Source of the DNA: Delftia acidovorans NBRC 14950
Lineage (GTDB): Bacteria; Pseudomonadota; Gammaproteobacteria; Burkholderiales; Burkholderiaceae_C
Reading direction: 5' to 3'
NCBI RefSeq assembly: GCF_001598795.1
Contig: NZ_BCZP01000001.1
Location: 586,262-618,261 of the forward strand
DNA: 32,000 nt
In this document: piece after piece, positions 1-11,205 of the stretch
Layout of the letters: each line of letters starts with the position of its first letter
Position numbering within the stretch: the first letter of the stretch is position 1
The notes under the pieces: model-generated
Seen by the model: the letters and a program-made list of their open reading frames with translations, nothing else
Told to the model about the DNA's origin: nothing
The model's database searches: none
Position numbers and translations under genes: made by a program

Positions 1-599
1 AGAAGTTCTCCGTGGTCAAGACGCTGCAGGCTATCGAAAGCGCCAATGTCGTGCTGCTGCTCATCGATGCCACGCAGGGCGTGACCGACCAGGATGCGCA
101 CATTGCCGGCTACGTGCTGGAAAGCGGCCGTGCCGTGGTGCTGGCCGTGAACAAATGGGATGCGGTGGACGACTACCAGCGCCAGATGCTGGAGCGCTCG
201 ATCGAGACGCGCCTGTCCTTCCTCAAGTTCGCTCCCATGCATTTCATCTCGGCGGAAAGGCGCCAGGGCCTGGGTCCGCTGTGGAACTCCATCATCCAGG
301 CGCACAAGGCTGCCACCTGCAAGATGCCCACGCCGGTGCTCACGCGCCTGCTGATGGAGGCCGTACAGTTCCAGACGCCCAAGAAGACGGGCATCTATCG
401 CCCCAAGATGCGCTATGCGCACCAGGGTGGCATGAACCCTCCGGTCATCGTCATACACGGCAATTCGCTCGAGCATGTGACGGAAGCCTACAAGCGCTTC
501 CTCGAAGGGCGATTCCGGAAGGAATTCAATTTGGTTGGCACGCCGTTGCGGATCGAGTTGAAAACCTCTCATAATCCTTTTGCCGACAAGGACAAGTAA
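1..599 (+). CDS. der: GTPase Der/EngA, C-terminal part (5' end lies outside the window)
   Basis: Frame +3 is open from the window edge ([31 protein letters not shown]...) to TAA at 597-599. It carries the NKWD (NKxD G4) motif and a KH-like C-terminal tail. It sits directly upstream of hfq-hflX-hflKC, the usual proteobacterial arrangement. Confidence 0.9.
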   Translation, partial: KFSVVKTLQAIESANVVLLLIDATQGVTDQDAHIAGYVLESGRAVVLAVNKWDAVDDYQRQMLERSIETRLSFLKFAPMHFISAERRQGLGPLWNSIIQAHKAATCKMPTPVLTRLLMEAVQFQTPKKTGIYRPKMRYAHQGGMNPPVIVIHGNSLEHVTEAYKRFLEGRFRKEFNLVGTPLRIELKTSHNPFADKDK

Positions 600-701
600 C
601 AAGCTACGGGATTTCGGGAAAACCCTTGTGCGAACAAGGGCCCCAAAACACTGTGGTAAGGTGTCGGTTTACAACAACACTCTTCGAACACGGAGAATAT
701 C

Positions 702-953
702 GTGAGCAACAAAGGCCAACTCCTCCAAGACCCGTTCCTGAACGCGCTTCGCCGCGAACATGTTCCGGTGTCCATCTACCTCGTCAACGGCATCAAGCTG
801 CAAGGCCAGATCGAATCCTTCGACCAGTACGTGGTTCTGCTTCGCAACACCGTCACGCAGATGGTTTACAAGCACGCCATCTCCACCATTGTTCCCGGCC
901 GCGCCGTGAACTTCTCCACGGCCGAAGCTGCCGGCAGCGACGCCAGCGCTTGA
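702..953 (+). CDS. hfq: RNA chaperone Hfq
   Basis: 83-aa ORF with a GTG start at 702, preceded by GGAGA (692-696). The Sm1/Sm2 sequence [39 protein letters not shown]...[12 protein letters not shown] is unmistakably Hfq. Confidence 0.97.
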   Translation: MSNKGQLLQDPFLNALRREHVPVSIYLVNGIKLQGQIESFDQYVVLLRNTVTQMVYKHAISTIVPGRAVNFSTAEAAGSDASA

Positions 954-995
954 GCTCGCTGCGCCCTGATGCCTCCCCGCACCGCCGGGGAGCTT

Positions 996-1020
996 CCTCA
1001 CCCTTCGGGAGAGGTTTTTC
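996..1020 (+). terminator. Hairpin plus T-run between hfq and hflX (candidate attenuating terminator)
   Basis: CCTCACCC (996-1003), TTC, GGGAGAGG (1007-1014), then TTTTT (1015-1019). The stem has 8 bp with one mismatch and a very short loop. The 3' arm doubles as the hflX Shine-Dalgarno. Confidence 0.4.
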
Positions 1021-2235
1021 TTGAGTTCTGAATCTTTTGACCGGTCCACGCCAACGCCAGTGCTGCTGGTGGGCGTGGATTTCGGCTTTCCCCATTTCGA
1101 TGGCGAGTTGGAAGAGCTGGGCCTGCTGGCCGGCACGGCCGGCCTGCGTCCCGTTGCACGCCTGACCTGCAAGCGCAAGGTGCCCGACGCGGCGCTGTTC
1201 GTGGGCAGCGGCAAGGCCGACGAAATCCGCATGCTCGCCCAGATGCACGGTGCCCAGGAAGTGCTGTTCGACCAGGCCCTGAGCCCGGCCCAGCAGCGCA
1301 ACCTGGAACGCCATCTGCAGATGCCGGTCAACGACCGCACTTTGCTTATCCTGGAGATCTTCGCCCAGCGCGCGCGCAGCCATGAAGGCAAGCTGCAGGT
1401 GGAGCTGGCGCGCCTGCAATATGTGGCCACGCGCCTCGTGCGGCGCTGGACTCACCTGGAGCGGCAGATGGGCGGCATCGGCGGCCGTGGCGGCCCTGGC
1501 GAAAAGCAGATCGAGCTGGACCGCCGCATGATCGACGAGTCGATCAAGCGCACCAAGGAGCGGCTGCAGAAGGTCAAGAAGCAGCGCGCCACGCAGCGTC
1601 GGCGGCGCGAGCGCCATGGCATCTTCAATATCTCTCTGGTTGGCTACACCAACGCCGGCAAGTCCACGCTGTTCAATGCGCTGGTCAAGGCGCGCGCCTA
1701 TGCGGCCGACCAGCTGTTCGCCACGCTGGACACGACCACGCGCCAGCTGTACCTGAATGAAGCCCAGCAATCGGTGTCCCTGTCGGATACCGTGGGGTTC
1801 ATCCGCGACCTGCCGCACGGCCTGGTCGATGCATTCCAGGCCACGTTGCAGGAGGCGATCGATGCCGATCTTCTGCTGCATGTGGTCGACGCCTCCAATC
1901 CGAATTTCCCAGAGCAAATCCAACAAGTCCAGAAAGTTCTGAAGGAAATCGGTGCCCAGGAGGTGCCTCTGGTACTGGTTTTCAACAAATTGGACGCCGT
2001 CGATCCGGAGCGGCTTCCAGCGCAGTTGCAGGACCAGTACGAGCTTGACGGGCTGCCTGTTTCACGGGTGTTCGTCAGCGCCCGCTCCGGCGAGGGGCTG
2101 CCGCAGCTGCGGCAGTTGCTGGCCGAACATGCGCTGCGCGCGGAGGCGGAACACGCCGAAGCGCACGGTGGTAATGAGCGGGATCAGGAGGAGGTGGATG
2201 GCGCGATGCCCCCTGGGCAGGACGCCGAATACTAG
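1021..2235 (+). CDS. hflX: GTPase HflX
   Basis: 404-aa ORF. TTG at 1021 is the first in-frame start, 6 nt after GGGAGAGG. It has an HflX N-terminal domain and G-motifs GYTNAGKS (G1), DTVGF (G3) and NKLD (G4). It lies between hfq and hflK. Confidence 0.9.
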   Translation: MSSESFDRSTPTPVLLVGVDFGFPHFDGELEELGLLAGTAGLRPVARLTCKRKVPDAALFVGSGKADEIRMLAQMHGAQEVLFDQALSPAQQRNLERHLQMPVNDRTLLILEIFAQRARSHEGKLQVELARLQYVATRLVRRWTHLERQMGGIGGRGGPGEKQIELDRRMIDESIKRTKERLQKVKKQRATQRRRRERHGIFNISLVGYTNAGKSTLFNALVKARAYAADQLFATLDTTTRQLYLNEAQQSVSLSDTVGFIRDLPHGLVDAFQATLQEAIDADLLLHVVDASNPNFPEQIQQVQKVLKEIGAQEVPLVLVFNKLDAVDPERLPAQLQDQYELDGLPVSRVFVSARSGEGLPQLRQLLAEHALRAEAEHAEAHGGNERDQEEVDGAMPPGQDAEY

Positions 2236-2306
2236 GGGCTAGCGCCCTGATTGGGCAAAATGCCGATTGGGTCCCTGTCTTTACCGAAGAAACCGAGACT
2301 TCTCGC

Positions 2307-3701
2307 ATGAATCTTTCACAACGCGCCCATCGCTGGGCGATGCTGCCGCAGCGCCTTCGCGGGATGTTCAACCTGAATGATCCGCGATGGGGACGTGGCG
2401 ACGACAAGAACGACGATGCTTCGCGCCCCGATGCCGACCGTCCCGCGCCGCCGCCCCCGCCTGCGGAGCCTGCACGCGACAACCGCGACAGCCGTGACAA
2501 CCGCCCCTCGTCGGGCGGTGGCCAGCCGCCTGATCTGGATGAGCTGTGGCGCGACCTCAACCGCAAGCTCTCGGGCCTGTTCGGCGGCAAGCCGGGCGGC
2601 GGCCGTGGCCAGCCGCCCATTCGCAATGGCGGTGGCAGCCAGCCTCCGGACATGCGCAGCGCCGGCATGGGCGTGGGCCTGATTGCCGGCATTGCCTTCA
2701 TCATCTGGATGGGCACGGGCATCTTCATCGTCCAGGAAGGCCAGCAGGCCGTCATCACCCAGTTCGGCAAGTACAAGAGCACGGTGGGCGCCGGCATCAA
2801 CTGGCGGCTGCCGTACCCGATCCAGCGCCATGAACTGGTCTTCGTGACGCAGATCCGCTCGGCCGACGTGGGGCGCGACACCATCATCAAGAGCACGGGC
2901 CTGCGCGAGTCGGCCATGCTCACCGAGGACGAGAACATCGTCGAGATCAAGTTCGCCGTCCAGTACCGCCTGAGCGACGCGCGCGCCTGGCTGTTCGAGA
3001 GCAAAAACCCGTCCGAGGCCGTGGTCCAGGCCGCAGAGACTGCCGTGCGCGAAGTCGTCGGCAAGATGAAGATGGACACGGCGCTGGCCGAGGAGCGCGA
3101 CCAGATCGCCCCGCGCGTGCGCGACCTGATGCAGACCATCCTGGACCGCTACAAGGTGGGCGTGGAAGTCGTGGGCATCAACCTGCAGCAAGGCGGCGTG
3201 CGTCCGCCCGAGCAGGTTCAGGCCGCCTTCGACGACGTGCTGCGTGCCGGCCAGGAGCGTGAGCGTGCCAAGAACGAAGCGCAGGCCTACGCCAACGACG
3301 TGGTGCCGCGCGCAGCCGGCTCGGCAGCGCGCCTGCTGGAAGAGTCCAACGGCTACAAGGCCCGCATCGTGGCCCAGGCCCAGGGTGATGCGCAGCGCTT
3401 CAGTTCGGTGTTCACCGAGTACCAGAAGGCGCCCCAGGTCACGCGCGACCGCATGTACCTGGAAACCATGCAGCAGATCTACGGCAACGTGACCAAGGTG
3501 CTGGTTGAATCGCGCCAGGGCTCCAACCTGCTGTACCTGCCGCTGGACAAGATCATGCAAGGCGTGAGCGGCAATGTGCCGGCAGCCGACAGCTCGGCGG
3601 CCCCCAGCACCCAGGCGCCTGCGCCTGCCGCCATTCCCGGCCTTTCGAACGATGCGCGCAGCCGCGACAGCAGTCGCAGCCGTGACCGCGAAGCACGCTG
3701 A
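2307..3701 (+). CDS. hflK: Protease modulator HflK (SPFH/band-7 family)
   Basis: 464-aa ORF with an N-terminal LNDPRWGRG motif, a Pro/Gly/Arg-rich linker, one TM segment (GVGLIAGIAFIIWMGTGIF) and an SPFH domain. The alternative start at ATG 2364 cannot be excluded. Confidence 0.9.
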   Translation: MNLSQRAHRWAMLPQRLRGMFNLNDPRWGRGDDKNDDASRPDADRPAPPPPPAEPARDNRDSRDNRPSSGGGQPPDLDELWRDLNRKLSGLFGGKPGGGRGQPPIRNGGGSQPPDMRSAGMGVGLIAGIAFIIWMGTGIFIVQEGQQAVITQFGKYKSTVGAGINWRLPYPIQRHELVFVTQIRSADVGRDTIIKSTGLRESAMLTEDENIVEIKFAVQYRLSDARAWLFESKNPSEAVVQAAETAVREVVGKMKMDTALAEERDQIAPRVRDLMQTILDRYKVGVEVVGINLQQGGVRPPEQVQAAFDDVLRAGQERERAKNEAQAYANDVVPRAAGSAARLLEESNGYKARIVAQAQGDAQRFSSVFTEYQKAPQVTRDRMYLETMQQIYGNVTKVLVESRQGSNLLYLPLDKIMQGVSGNVPAADSSAAPSTQAPAPAAIPGLSNDARSRDSSRSRDREAR

Positions 3702-3713
3702 GGAGCAGCCCAA

Positions 3714-4604
3714 GTGAACCGAGTTGGATTTTTCATCACCAGCATTCTTCTGGCGCTCGCGCTGCTCAGCTCCATGCTGTTCGTCGTCGATCAGCGCCAG
3801 TTCGGCGTGGTCTATGCCCTGGGTCAGATCAAGGAAGTGATCACCGAGCCGGGCCTGAACATCAAGATGCCGCCGCCGTTCCAGAACGTGCGCTACATCG
3901 ACAAGCGCCTGCTCACGCTGGACAGCACCGACACCGAGCCCATGCTCACTGCCGAAAAGCAGCGCGTGGTCATCGACTGGTACGTGCGCTGGCGCATCTC
4001 CGATCCGTCGGAGTACATCCGCAATGTGGGCCTTGACGAGTCGGCTGGCGCCATGCAGCTCAACCGCGTGGTGCGCAATGCCTTCCAGGAGGAAATCAAC
4101 CGCCGCACCGTGCGCGAACTGCTGTCCAGCAAGCGCGATGCGCTGATGAACGACGTCAAGCGCGAAGTGCTGGAGACCGTGCGCGGCGCCAAGCCCTGGG
4201 GCGTGGACGTGGTCGATGTGCGCATCACGCGCGTGGACTATGCCGAGACGATCACGGAATCGGTCTACCGCCGCATGGAAGCCGAGCGCAAGCGCGTGGC
4301 CAACGAGCTGCGCTCCACCGGCGCCGCCGAAGGCGAGAAGATCCGCGCCGAGGCCGATCGCCAGCGCGAGATCACCATCGCCAATGCCTACCGTGATGCC
4401 CAGAAGATCAAGGGCGAGGGCGATGCAGAAGCCGCCCGGACCTACGCCGAGGCCTTTGGCAAGGACCCGCAGTTTGCGCAGTTCTACCGCAGCTTGGAGG
4501 CCTACAAGGCCAGCTTTGCCAAGAAGAGCGATGTGCTCGTGCTCGATCCTTCGCAGACCGATTTCTTCAAGGCCTACCGCAGTGGTGGAAGCTCTGGAAA
4601 ATAA
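3714..4604 (+). CDS. hflC: Protease modulator HflC (SPFH/band-7 family)
   Basis: GTG at 3714 lies 8 nt after GAGGAG (3700-3705). The protein has an N-terminal TM segment then an SPFH domain ([17 protein letters not shown]...). It immediately follows hflK. Confidence 0.92.
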   Translation: MNRVGFFITSILLALALLSSMLFVVDQRQFGVVYALGQIKEVITEPGLNIKMPPPFQNVRYIDKRLLTLDSTDTEPMLTAEKQRVVIDWYVRWRISDPSEYIRNVGLDESAGAMQLNRVVRNAFQEEINRRTVRELLSSKRDALMNDVKREVLETVRGAKPWGVDVVDVRITRVDYAETITESVYRRMEAERKRVANELRSTGAAEGEKIRAEADRQREITIANAYRDAQKIKGEGDAEAARTYAEAFGKDPQFAQFYRSLEAYKASFAKKSDVLVLDPSQTDFFKAYRSGGSSGK

Positions 4605-4640
4605 GCGCGCCTGAGCGGCAACGCCGCCCGGCCCCTGCAC

Positions 4641-4668
4641 GGCGCCCCTGTTGGGGCGCCGTTTTTTC
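4641..4668 (+). terminator. Rho-independent terminator after hflC
   Basis: GGCGCCCC, loop TGTT, GGGGCGCC, followed by GTTTTTTCTT. Confidence 0.7.
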
Positions 4669-4747
4669 TTGCGCCGCCGCTGTCGCCCGTGCACCGAATC
4701 GATTCGGAATACCGAACACCCGCCGTGGGCCTTGGGTCACCCCCAAT

Positions 4748-4776
4748 TTGGGCTGGCCCGCAACAGCCGGTAGAAT
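4748..4776 (+). promoter_or_regulatory. Candidate sigma-70 promoter for hisZ-purA
   Basis: TTGGGC (4748-4753), a 17-nt spacer, then TAGAAT (4771-4776), about 29 nt upstream of the hisZ ATG. This rests on a pattern match only. Confidence 0.35.
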
Positions 4777-4804
4777 CACGTTTTTAACAGCCTCCCCCTT
4801 TTCC

Positions 4805-5953
4805 ATGTCTGCTTGGGTCCTGCCGGATCACATCGCCGATGTCTTGCCTTCCGAGGCCCGGCACATCGAAGAATTGCGTCGAGGCCTGCTCGATACAGCG
4901 CGTGGCTATGGCTATGAACTGGTCATGCCGCCCATGCTGGAGTACCTCGAATCCCTGCTCACCGGCACAGGGGAGGCGCTGGACCTGCAGACCTGCAAGC
5001 TCATCGACCAGCTGACAGGCCGCACCATGGGTCTGCGTGCAGACACCACGCAGCAGGTGGCCCGCATCGATGCCCATCTGCTCAACCGCAAGGGCCTCAC
5101 GCGCCTGTGCTACTGCGGCCCCGTCGTCCATGCCCGCCCTGACCGCCCCCGCGCCACGCGCGAGCCGCTGCAGTTCGGTGCCGAAATCTACGGCCACCAG
5201 GGCATGGAAGCCGACCTGGAGGCACTGCACCTGGCGCTGGACTGCCTGCGCAGCGCAGGCGTCACCAACATCAATGTCGATCTGGCCGATGTGCGCATCG
5301 TGCGCAGCCTGCTGGCTGGCGTGATGGTGGACATGCAGGTGCTGCGCGGCGTGCACGCTGCGCTGGCCGCCAAGGATGCGAGCGAGCTCGAGCGCCTCAC
5401 GCGCGACTTCCCTGCCGCCTCGCGCGAAGGCCTGATGGCCCTGCTGCAGCTGTACGGCGGCATCGAGGTGCTGGACCGCGCCGAGAAGCTGCTGGCCCGC
5501 ACCGCAGGCGTGCAGCCTCTGCTGGACCAGCTGAGCTGGCTGGCGCAGCGCCTCGAAGGCGTGAGCGTGAGCTTCGATCTGGCCGATCTGCGCGGCTATG
5601 CCTACTACAGCGGCACGCGCTTCGCCATCTATGTGCCGGGTGCCAGCGATGCGCTGGTGCGCGGCGGCCGCTATGACGAGGTGGGTGCGGTCTTTGGCCG
5701 CAACCGGCCCGCCGCCGGCTTCAGCCTGGACATCAAGCAGCTCGTCGCCGTCGTGCCCGAGCGCCCGCTCAAGGCTGCCATCCGCGCGCCCTGGGGCGAC
5801 GATCCCCAGGTTGCGGCTGCCATTGCTGCATTGCGCCGGCAGGGCGAGACCGTGGTCTGCGTGCTGCCAGGGCATGAAAGCGAAGTGGACGAATTCCACT
5901 GCGACCGCGAGCTCGTGCAGGTTGCCGGGCAGTGGGCCGTGCAAGCCATCTGA
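4805..5953 (+). CDS. hisZ: ATP phosphoribosyltransferase regulatory subunit HisZ (HisRS paralogue)
   Basis: [26 protein letters not shown]... shows class-II aaRS-like core motifs and lacks an anticodon-binding domain. It lies between hflC and purA, as in other Burkholderiales. ATG 4805 is preferred over the TTG at 4748 given in the ORF track. Confidence 0.85.
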   Translation: MSAWVLPDHIADVLPSEARHIEELRRGLLDTARGYGYELVMPPMLEYLESLLTGTGEALDLQTCKLIDQLTGRTMGLRADTTQQVARIDAHLLNRKGLTRLCYCGPVVHARPDRPRATREPLQFGAEIYGHQGMEADLEALHLALDCLRSAGVTNINVDLADVRIVRSLLAGVMVDMQVLRGVHAALAAKDASELERLTRDFPAASREGLMALLQLYGGIEVLDRAEKLLARTAGVQPLLDQLSWLAQRLEGVSVSFDLADLRGYAYYSGTRFAIYVPGASDALVRGGRYDEVGAVFGRNRPAAGFSLDIKQLVAVVPERPLKAAIRAPWGDDPQVAAAIAALRRQGETVVCVLPGHESEVDEFHCDRELVQVAGQWAVQAI

Positions 5954-7369
<1,416 letters not shown>

Positions 7370-7412
7370 ACCACTGGCGGCTGAACCCCAAGATTGAACC
7401 AGGAGCCATTCC

Positions 7413-7937
7413 ATGCTGACGGAAGACGGTCAACACCTGTATGTGAGCTACGACGAATACCACGGACTGATCGAAAAGCTCGCGATCAAAGTGCACCAGT
7501 CCGGCTGGGAATTCGACACCATTCTCTGCCTGGCCCGTGGCGGCCTGCGTCCCGGTGACATGCTCAGCCGCATCTTCGACAAGCCGCTGGCCATCATGTC
7601 CACCAGCTCCTACCGCGCCGAAGCCGGCACGGTGCAGGGCCATCTGGACATCGCGCGCTTCATCACCACGCCCAAGGGCGAGATCGCCGGCCGCGTGCTG
7701 CTGGTCGATGACCTGGCCGATTCGGGTCACACGCTGAACGCCGTGATCGCCATGCTCAAGACCAACTACCCGCCGATCACCGAGCTGCGCAGCGCCGTGA
7801 TCTGGACCAAGGGCCTGTCGGCTTTCACGCCCGACTACTCGGTGGACTACCTGCCGACCAACCCCTGGATCCACCAGCCCTTCGAGCACTACGACACCCT
7901 GCGTCCCGAAAAGCTCATGGAGAAGTGGAAGATCTGA
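7413..7937 (+). CDS. Type-I phosphoribosyltransferase (xanthine/guanine PRT-like)
   Basis: 174 aa with AGGAG at 7401-7405 upstream. The PRPP-binding motif VLLVDDLADSGHT is present, and LCLARGGLRPG resembles Gpt-type purine PRTs. Substrate is not assignable from sequence alone. Confidence 0.8.
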   Translation: MLTEDGQHLYVSYDEYHGLIEKLAIKVHQSGWEFDTILCLARGGLRPGDMLSRIFDKPLAIMSTSSYRAEAGTVQGHLDIARFITTPKGEIAGRVLLVDDLADSGHTLNAVIAMLKTNYPPITELRSAVIWTKGLSAFTPDYSVDYLPTNPWIHQPFEHYDTLRPEKLMEKWKI

Positions 7938-7968
7938 TCGCCACTGCGCCTTTGGGTGCATGCCAGCG

Positions 7969-7995
7969 AAGGGAGCCTGTCGGCTCCCTTTTTCG
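7969..7995 (+). terminator. Rho-independent terminator after the PRT gene
   Basis: AAGGGAGCC, loop TGTC, GGCTCCCTT, then TTTCG. The stem core is 7971-7988. Confidence 0.7.
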
Positions 7996-8188
7996 TTGTG
8001 GCGGGTATTTCCATGCGCCGTTGTCATGCCTTGATGCAAGTCATGGATTGGCGCGCTTGCCGCGATATCTCGGGCCAACGTCGCGCAAATGTCGGTTTTT
8101 TGCACAGCAGCAAAAGCCGATGCCCCAGAGCGTCCGAGGGGCTGATTGGCGCAGCTACACTGCGCAGATTCTCAGAAGGTGGTGCTTT

Positions 8189-9352
8189 GTGAAACGTCTT
8201 TCCGTCGGGCGCTTGAGCGCGGCTGTGGCTTTGGTTGTAGGCGGCGGTGCGCTGGCCTGGCTGGCCGTGGCATCCCTGCCCGGATCCAAATCGGCCCGCG
8301 CGGCCTCGGCCACGTCTGCTGCCGTGCAGGCGCAAGCCGCATCGGCCCAGGCGGCCGCCGTTCCTGCCGCGCCTTCCGTTCCCTCGGCTACGGCCGCTCC
8401 CGCGGCCCCGGTCGCGCGTGTCACGCCGCCACCGCAGACCCAGGGCCCCACGCCCATCTTTGTGCTCAACTCGCTTGATGCCAACATCAGTATCGTGGAC
8501 CCGGTCACCTGGCAGGAGACGGCACGCATTCCCACAGGCAAGGAGCCGCATCACCTGTACCTCACGCCGGACGAGAAATCGCTGGTCGTGGCCAATGCGC
8601 TGGGCGACACCCTGACCCTGGTCGATCCGCGCACGGGCGAGGTGCAGCGCGTGATCCGCGACATCATCGATCCCTATCACCTGCGCTTCAGCCCGGACAT
8701 GAAGTGGTTCGTCACGGCGGCCAACCGCCTCAACCACATCGACATCTACCGCTGGGATGGCCAGAACCCGCAGCTGGTCAAGCGCGTGCCCACGGGCAAG
8801 ACGCCCAGCCATCTCTGGATCGATGCCAAGAGCACGACCATCTATTCCACCATGCAGGACAGCGATGCCCTGGTGGCCATCGACATCGCCACCCAGACCA
8901 TCAAGGCCCGCGTGCCCACCGGCCCCATGCCGGCCGATCTCTATGGCAGCCCGGACGGCACCAAGCTGTTCATCGGCCTGACCGGCAGCGATGGCGTGGA
9001 AGTGTTCGACGTCACCGGCCCCGAGCCGCGCAGCGTGGCCCGCATCAAGACAGCCGCTGGCGCCCACGCCATGCGCGCCGCCGGCGACGGCCGCCACCTG
9101 TATGTGAGCAACCGCGTGGCCAACACCATCAGCAAGATCGACATGCAGACCAACCAGGTCGTGGCCAACTACCCGGCACCGGGCGGCCCCGACTGCATGG
9201 ACGTCTCCGCCGACGGCCGCTACCTGCTGGTCAGCTCGCGCTGGGCGCGCAAGCTGTCGGTGATCGACACCGTGGAAAAGAAGGTGGTCCAGCAGGTCAA
9301 GGTCGGCAAGTCGCCGCACGGCGTATGGACGCTGGCCCACGCGCAACGCTGA
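8189..9352 (+). CDS. Exported YVTN-type beta-propeller repeat protein
   Basis: GTG at 8189 is preceded by AAGGTGG. The protein has an N-terminal signal/anchor (LSAAVALVVGGGALAWLAVA), an Ala/Pro-rich linker, then repeated blades (N..SVID, G..PHH/PHG, SPDG/SADG motifs). The stop overlaps the next start (TGATG). Confidence 0.7.
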   Translation: MKRLSVGRLSAAVALVVGGGALAWLAVASLPGSKSARAASATSAAVQAQAASAQAAAVPAAPSVPSATAAPAAPVARVTPPPQTQGPTPIFVLNSLDANISIVDPVTWQETARIPTGKEPHHLYLTPDEKSLVVANALGDTLTLVDPRTGEVQRVIRDIIDPYHLRFSPDMKWFVTAANRLNHIDIYRWDGQNPQLVKRVPTGKTPSHLWIDAKSTTIYSTMQDSDALVAIDIATQTIKARVPTGPMPADLYGSPDGTKLFIGLTGSDGVEVFDVTGPEPRSVARIKTAAGAHAMRAAGDGRHLYVSNRVANTISKIDMQTNQVVANYPAPGGPDCMDVSADGRYLLVSSRWARKLSVIDTVEKKVVQQVKVGKSPHGVWTLAHAQR

Positions 9353-10170
9353 TGGACCGCCGTCTCTTTGCGCAATCGCTGGCCGGTGCGGCGGCTTTCG
9401 GCCTGCTGCGCCCCGCGCTGGCGGCAGGGCAGGGCACAGGCTGTGCCAAGACCGTGTATCTGACCTTCGACACGGGCCACATGGGCATTGCCGACCTGGT
9501 GGCCGATGTGCTCAAGCGCCATGCGGTGCCAGTGACGTTTTTCGCGGCCAATGAGCCCACCCAGCAAGGCGATGGCAGCCTGGGCGAGACCTGGGCGCCC
9601 TGGTGGCGCGCACGCGCTGCCGAAGGCCATGAATTCGCCTCGCACACCTACGACCACATGTACTGGCGCGGTGATCTGCGCGCCTCGAAGAACGGGCCGG
9701 TCACGGGTTTTCGCGTGCGCCCCTCGGCAGGGCCTCGCGCCAACGAGAACTTCACGGTCGATGCGGCAGGCTATTGCGACGAGATCCGCCGATCCGCACA
9801 GCGGCTGCAGCAGATCACCGGACGCAAGCCTCTGCCGCTGTTCCGTGCGCCCGGCGGCAAGACTTCGCCCGCGCTGCTGGATGCCGCGCGGCAGGGCGGC
9901 TATATGCATGTGGGCTGGGCCAGCGCGGGTTTTCTGGGCGATGAGCTGCCCAGCGACCGCTACCCGAATGCGCAGCTGCTGGCCCAGGCGCTCAAGAACA
10001 TCCGCAGCGGAGACATCCTGCTGGCCCATCTGGGCATCTGGTCACGCAAGGACCCCTGGGCACCGGCCGTGTTGGAACCTTTGGTCACGGGCCTGCTCAA
10101 GCAGGGGTTCTGCTTCCGCACGCTGCGGGAGCATCCCGACTATCGGGATTGGGTAGCAAAATTCGCATAG
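9352..10170 (+). CDS. Polysaccharide deacetylase (NodB-homology) family protein with Tat-like signal
   Basis: The N-terminus MDRRLFAQSLAGAAAFGLL has a twin-arginine-type RRxF signal. NodB-like motifs TFDTGH and HTYDH are present. ATG 9352 overlaps the upstream TGA. The long upstream extension in the ORF track (8704) is out of frame over the propeller gene. Confidence 0.8.
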   Translation: MDRRLFAQSLAGAAAFGLLRPALAAGQGTGCAKTVYLTFDTGHMGIADLVADVLKRHAVPVTFFAANEPTQQGDGSLGETWAPWWRARAAEGHEFASHTYDHMYWRGDLRASKNGPVTGFRVRPSAGPRANENFTVDAAGYCDEIRRSAQRLQQITGRKPLPLFRAPGGKTSPALLDAARQGGYMHVGWASAGFLGDELPSDRYPNAQLLAQALKNIRSGDILLAHLGIWSRKDPWAPAVLEPLVTGLLKQGFCFRTLREHPDYRDWVAKFA

Positions 10171-10209
10171 TGTCCGCGCGCGCAGCGCGGCGGGCGATGG
10201 GAGCGTGGT

Positions 10210-11190
10210 GTGGACTGGTGGATTCAGTGGTTCGGTAATGCGCAGCAGCGCCTGTTCGAGGGCGTTGTCCAGCCCCTGCTGTTCGGCCTGGGGCAGGCCA
10301 GCCTGCTGGAGGACGCCTATGGCGCCACGGGCTGGCTGCTGGTGGGCCTGCTGCAGATCTTCATCATGGTGGCGGTGATCGCGCCGCTGCAGTACTGGCG
10401 GCCCGTCGAGCCCGTCACCGACCGGCGCGCCATCCACGTGGACATCATCTACACCGTGGTCCATCGGCTGGGCCTGTTCCGGCTTGCCCTGTTCTTCACG
10501 CTGGACCCGCTGTGGGACGAGCTCATGGGCCGCCTGCATGTCTGGGGGCTGCCGAGCTTTCACCTCGACGGCGTGTGGCCCGGCGTCACCGACCTGGCCT
10601 GGGTCAGCCTGATCATCTACCTGCTGGCCTTCGACTTCCTGGACTACTGGATACACCGCGGCCAGCACAGCATCGGCTGGTGGTGGAAGCTGCATGCGCT
10701 GCACCACTCGCAGCGCCAGATGACGGTGTGGAGCGACAACCGCAACCACCTGCTCGACGATGTCATCCGCGACACCATCATCGTGCTCGTGGCCCAGCTC
10801 ATCGGCGTGGCGCCGGGCCAGTTCGTGGCCATCGTGGCCTTCACCCAGCTCAGCGAGAGCTTCCAGCACGCCAACCTGCGCGTCTGGTTCGGCACCATCG
10901 GAGAGCGGCTGTGGATCAGCCCCCGCTTTCACCGCCGCCACCACGCCATCGGCATTGGCCACGAGCCCATGGCGCCCGTGCGCAACAAGAAGGCGCATGG
11001 CAACAACTTCGGCGTGCTCCTGCCCTGGTGGGACATGCTGTTCGGCACCGCCAACTTCGAGCTGCGCTTCGATCCCACCGGCGTGCGCGACCAGGTCCAG
11101 CCCAATGCCCAGGGCCAGCTGCGCGACTACGGCCAGGGCTTTTGGGCCCAGCAATGGCGTGGGTTCCTAAGGTTGATGGGTCGCGCTTGA
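10210..11190 (+). CDS. Sterol desaturase / fatty-acid hydroxylase superfamily membrane protein
   Basis: GTG at 10210 lies 6 nt after GGGAG. It is multi-pass hydrophobic and has three His boxes: HRGQH, HALHH and HRRHH. Confidence 0.8.
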   Translation: MDWWIQWFGNAQQRLFEGVVQPLLFGLGQASLLEDAYGATGWLLVGLLQIFIMVAVIAPLQYWRPVEPVTDRRAIHVDIIYTVVHRLGLFRLALFFTLDPLWDELMGRLHVWGLPSFHLDGVWPGVTDLAWVSLIIYLLAFDFLDYWIHRGQHSIGWWWKLHALHHSQRQMTVWSDNRNHLLDDVIRDTIIVLVAQLIGVAPGQFVAIVAFTQLSESFQHANLRVWFGTIGERLWISPRFHRRHHAIGIGHEPMAPVRNKKAHGNNFGVLLPWWDMLFGTANFELRFDPTGVRDQVQPNAQGQLRDYGQGFWAQQWRGFLRLMGRA

Positions 11191-11205
11191 GGCTGGGCTC
11201 GGGGT

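Noticed and set aside
2316-4694. 792-aa ORF on the minus strand spanning hflK and hflC.
   Set aside because: It is antisense to two well-supported genes. Its translation is Ala/Gly/Arg/His-rich with no recognisable domain. This is the typical stop-codon-poor antisense frame of high-GC DNA.
4748-4804. Longer hisZ form starting at TTG 4748 (401 aa).
   Set aside because: The extra 19 residues are not HisZ-like and there is no SD. The stretch is better explained as the promoter and 5'-UTR, and ATG 4805 gives the conserved N-terminus.
8704-9351. Long N-terminal extension of the deacetylase ORF (488-aa track ORF).
   Set aside because: It is out of frame over the YVTN propeller gene with an Arg/Pro/Gly/His-rich translation. 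ATG 9352 gives a clean Tat-type signal and overlaps the upstream stop.
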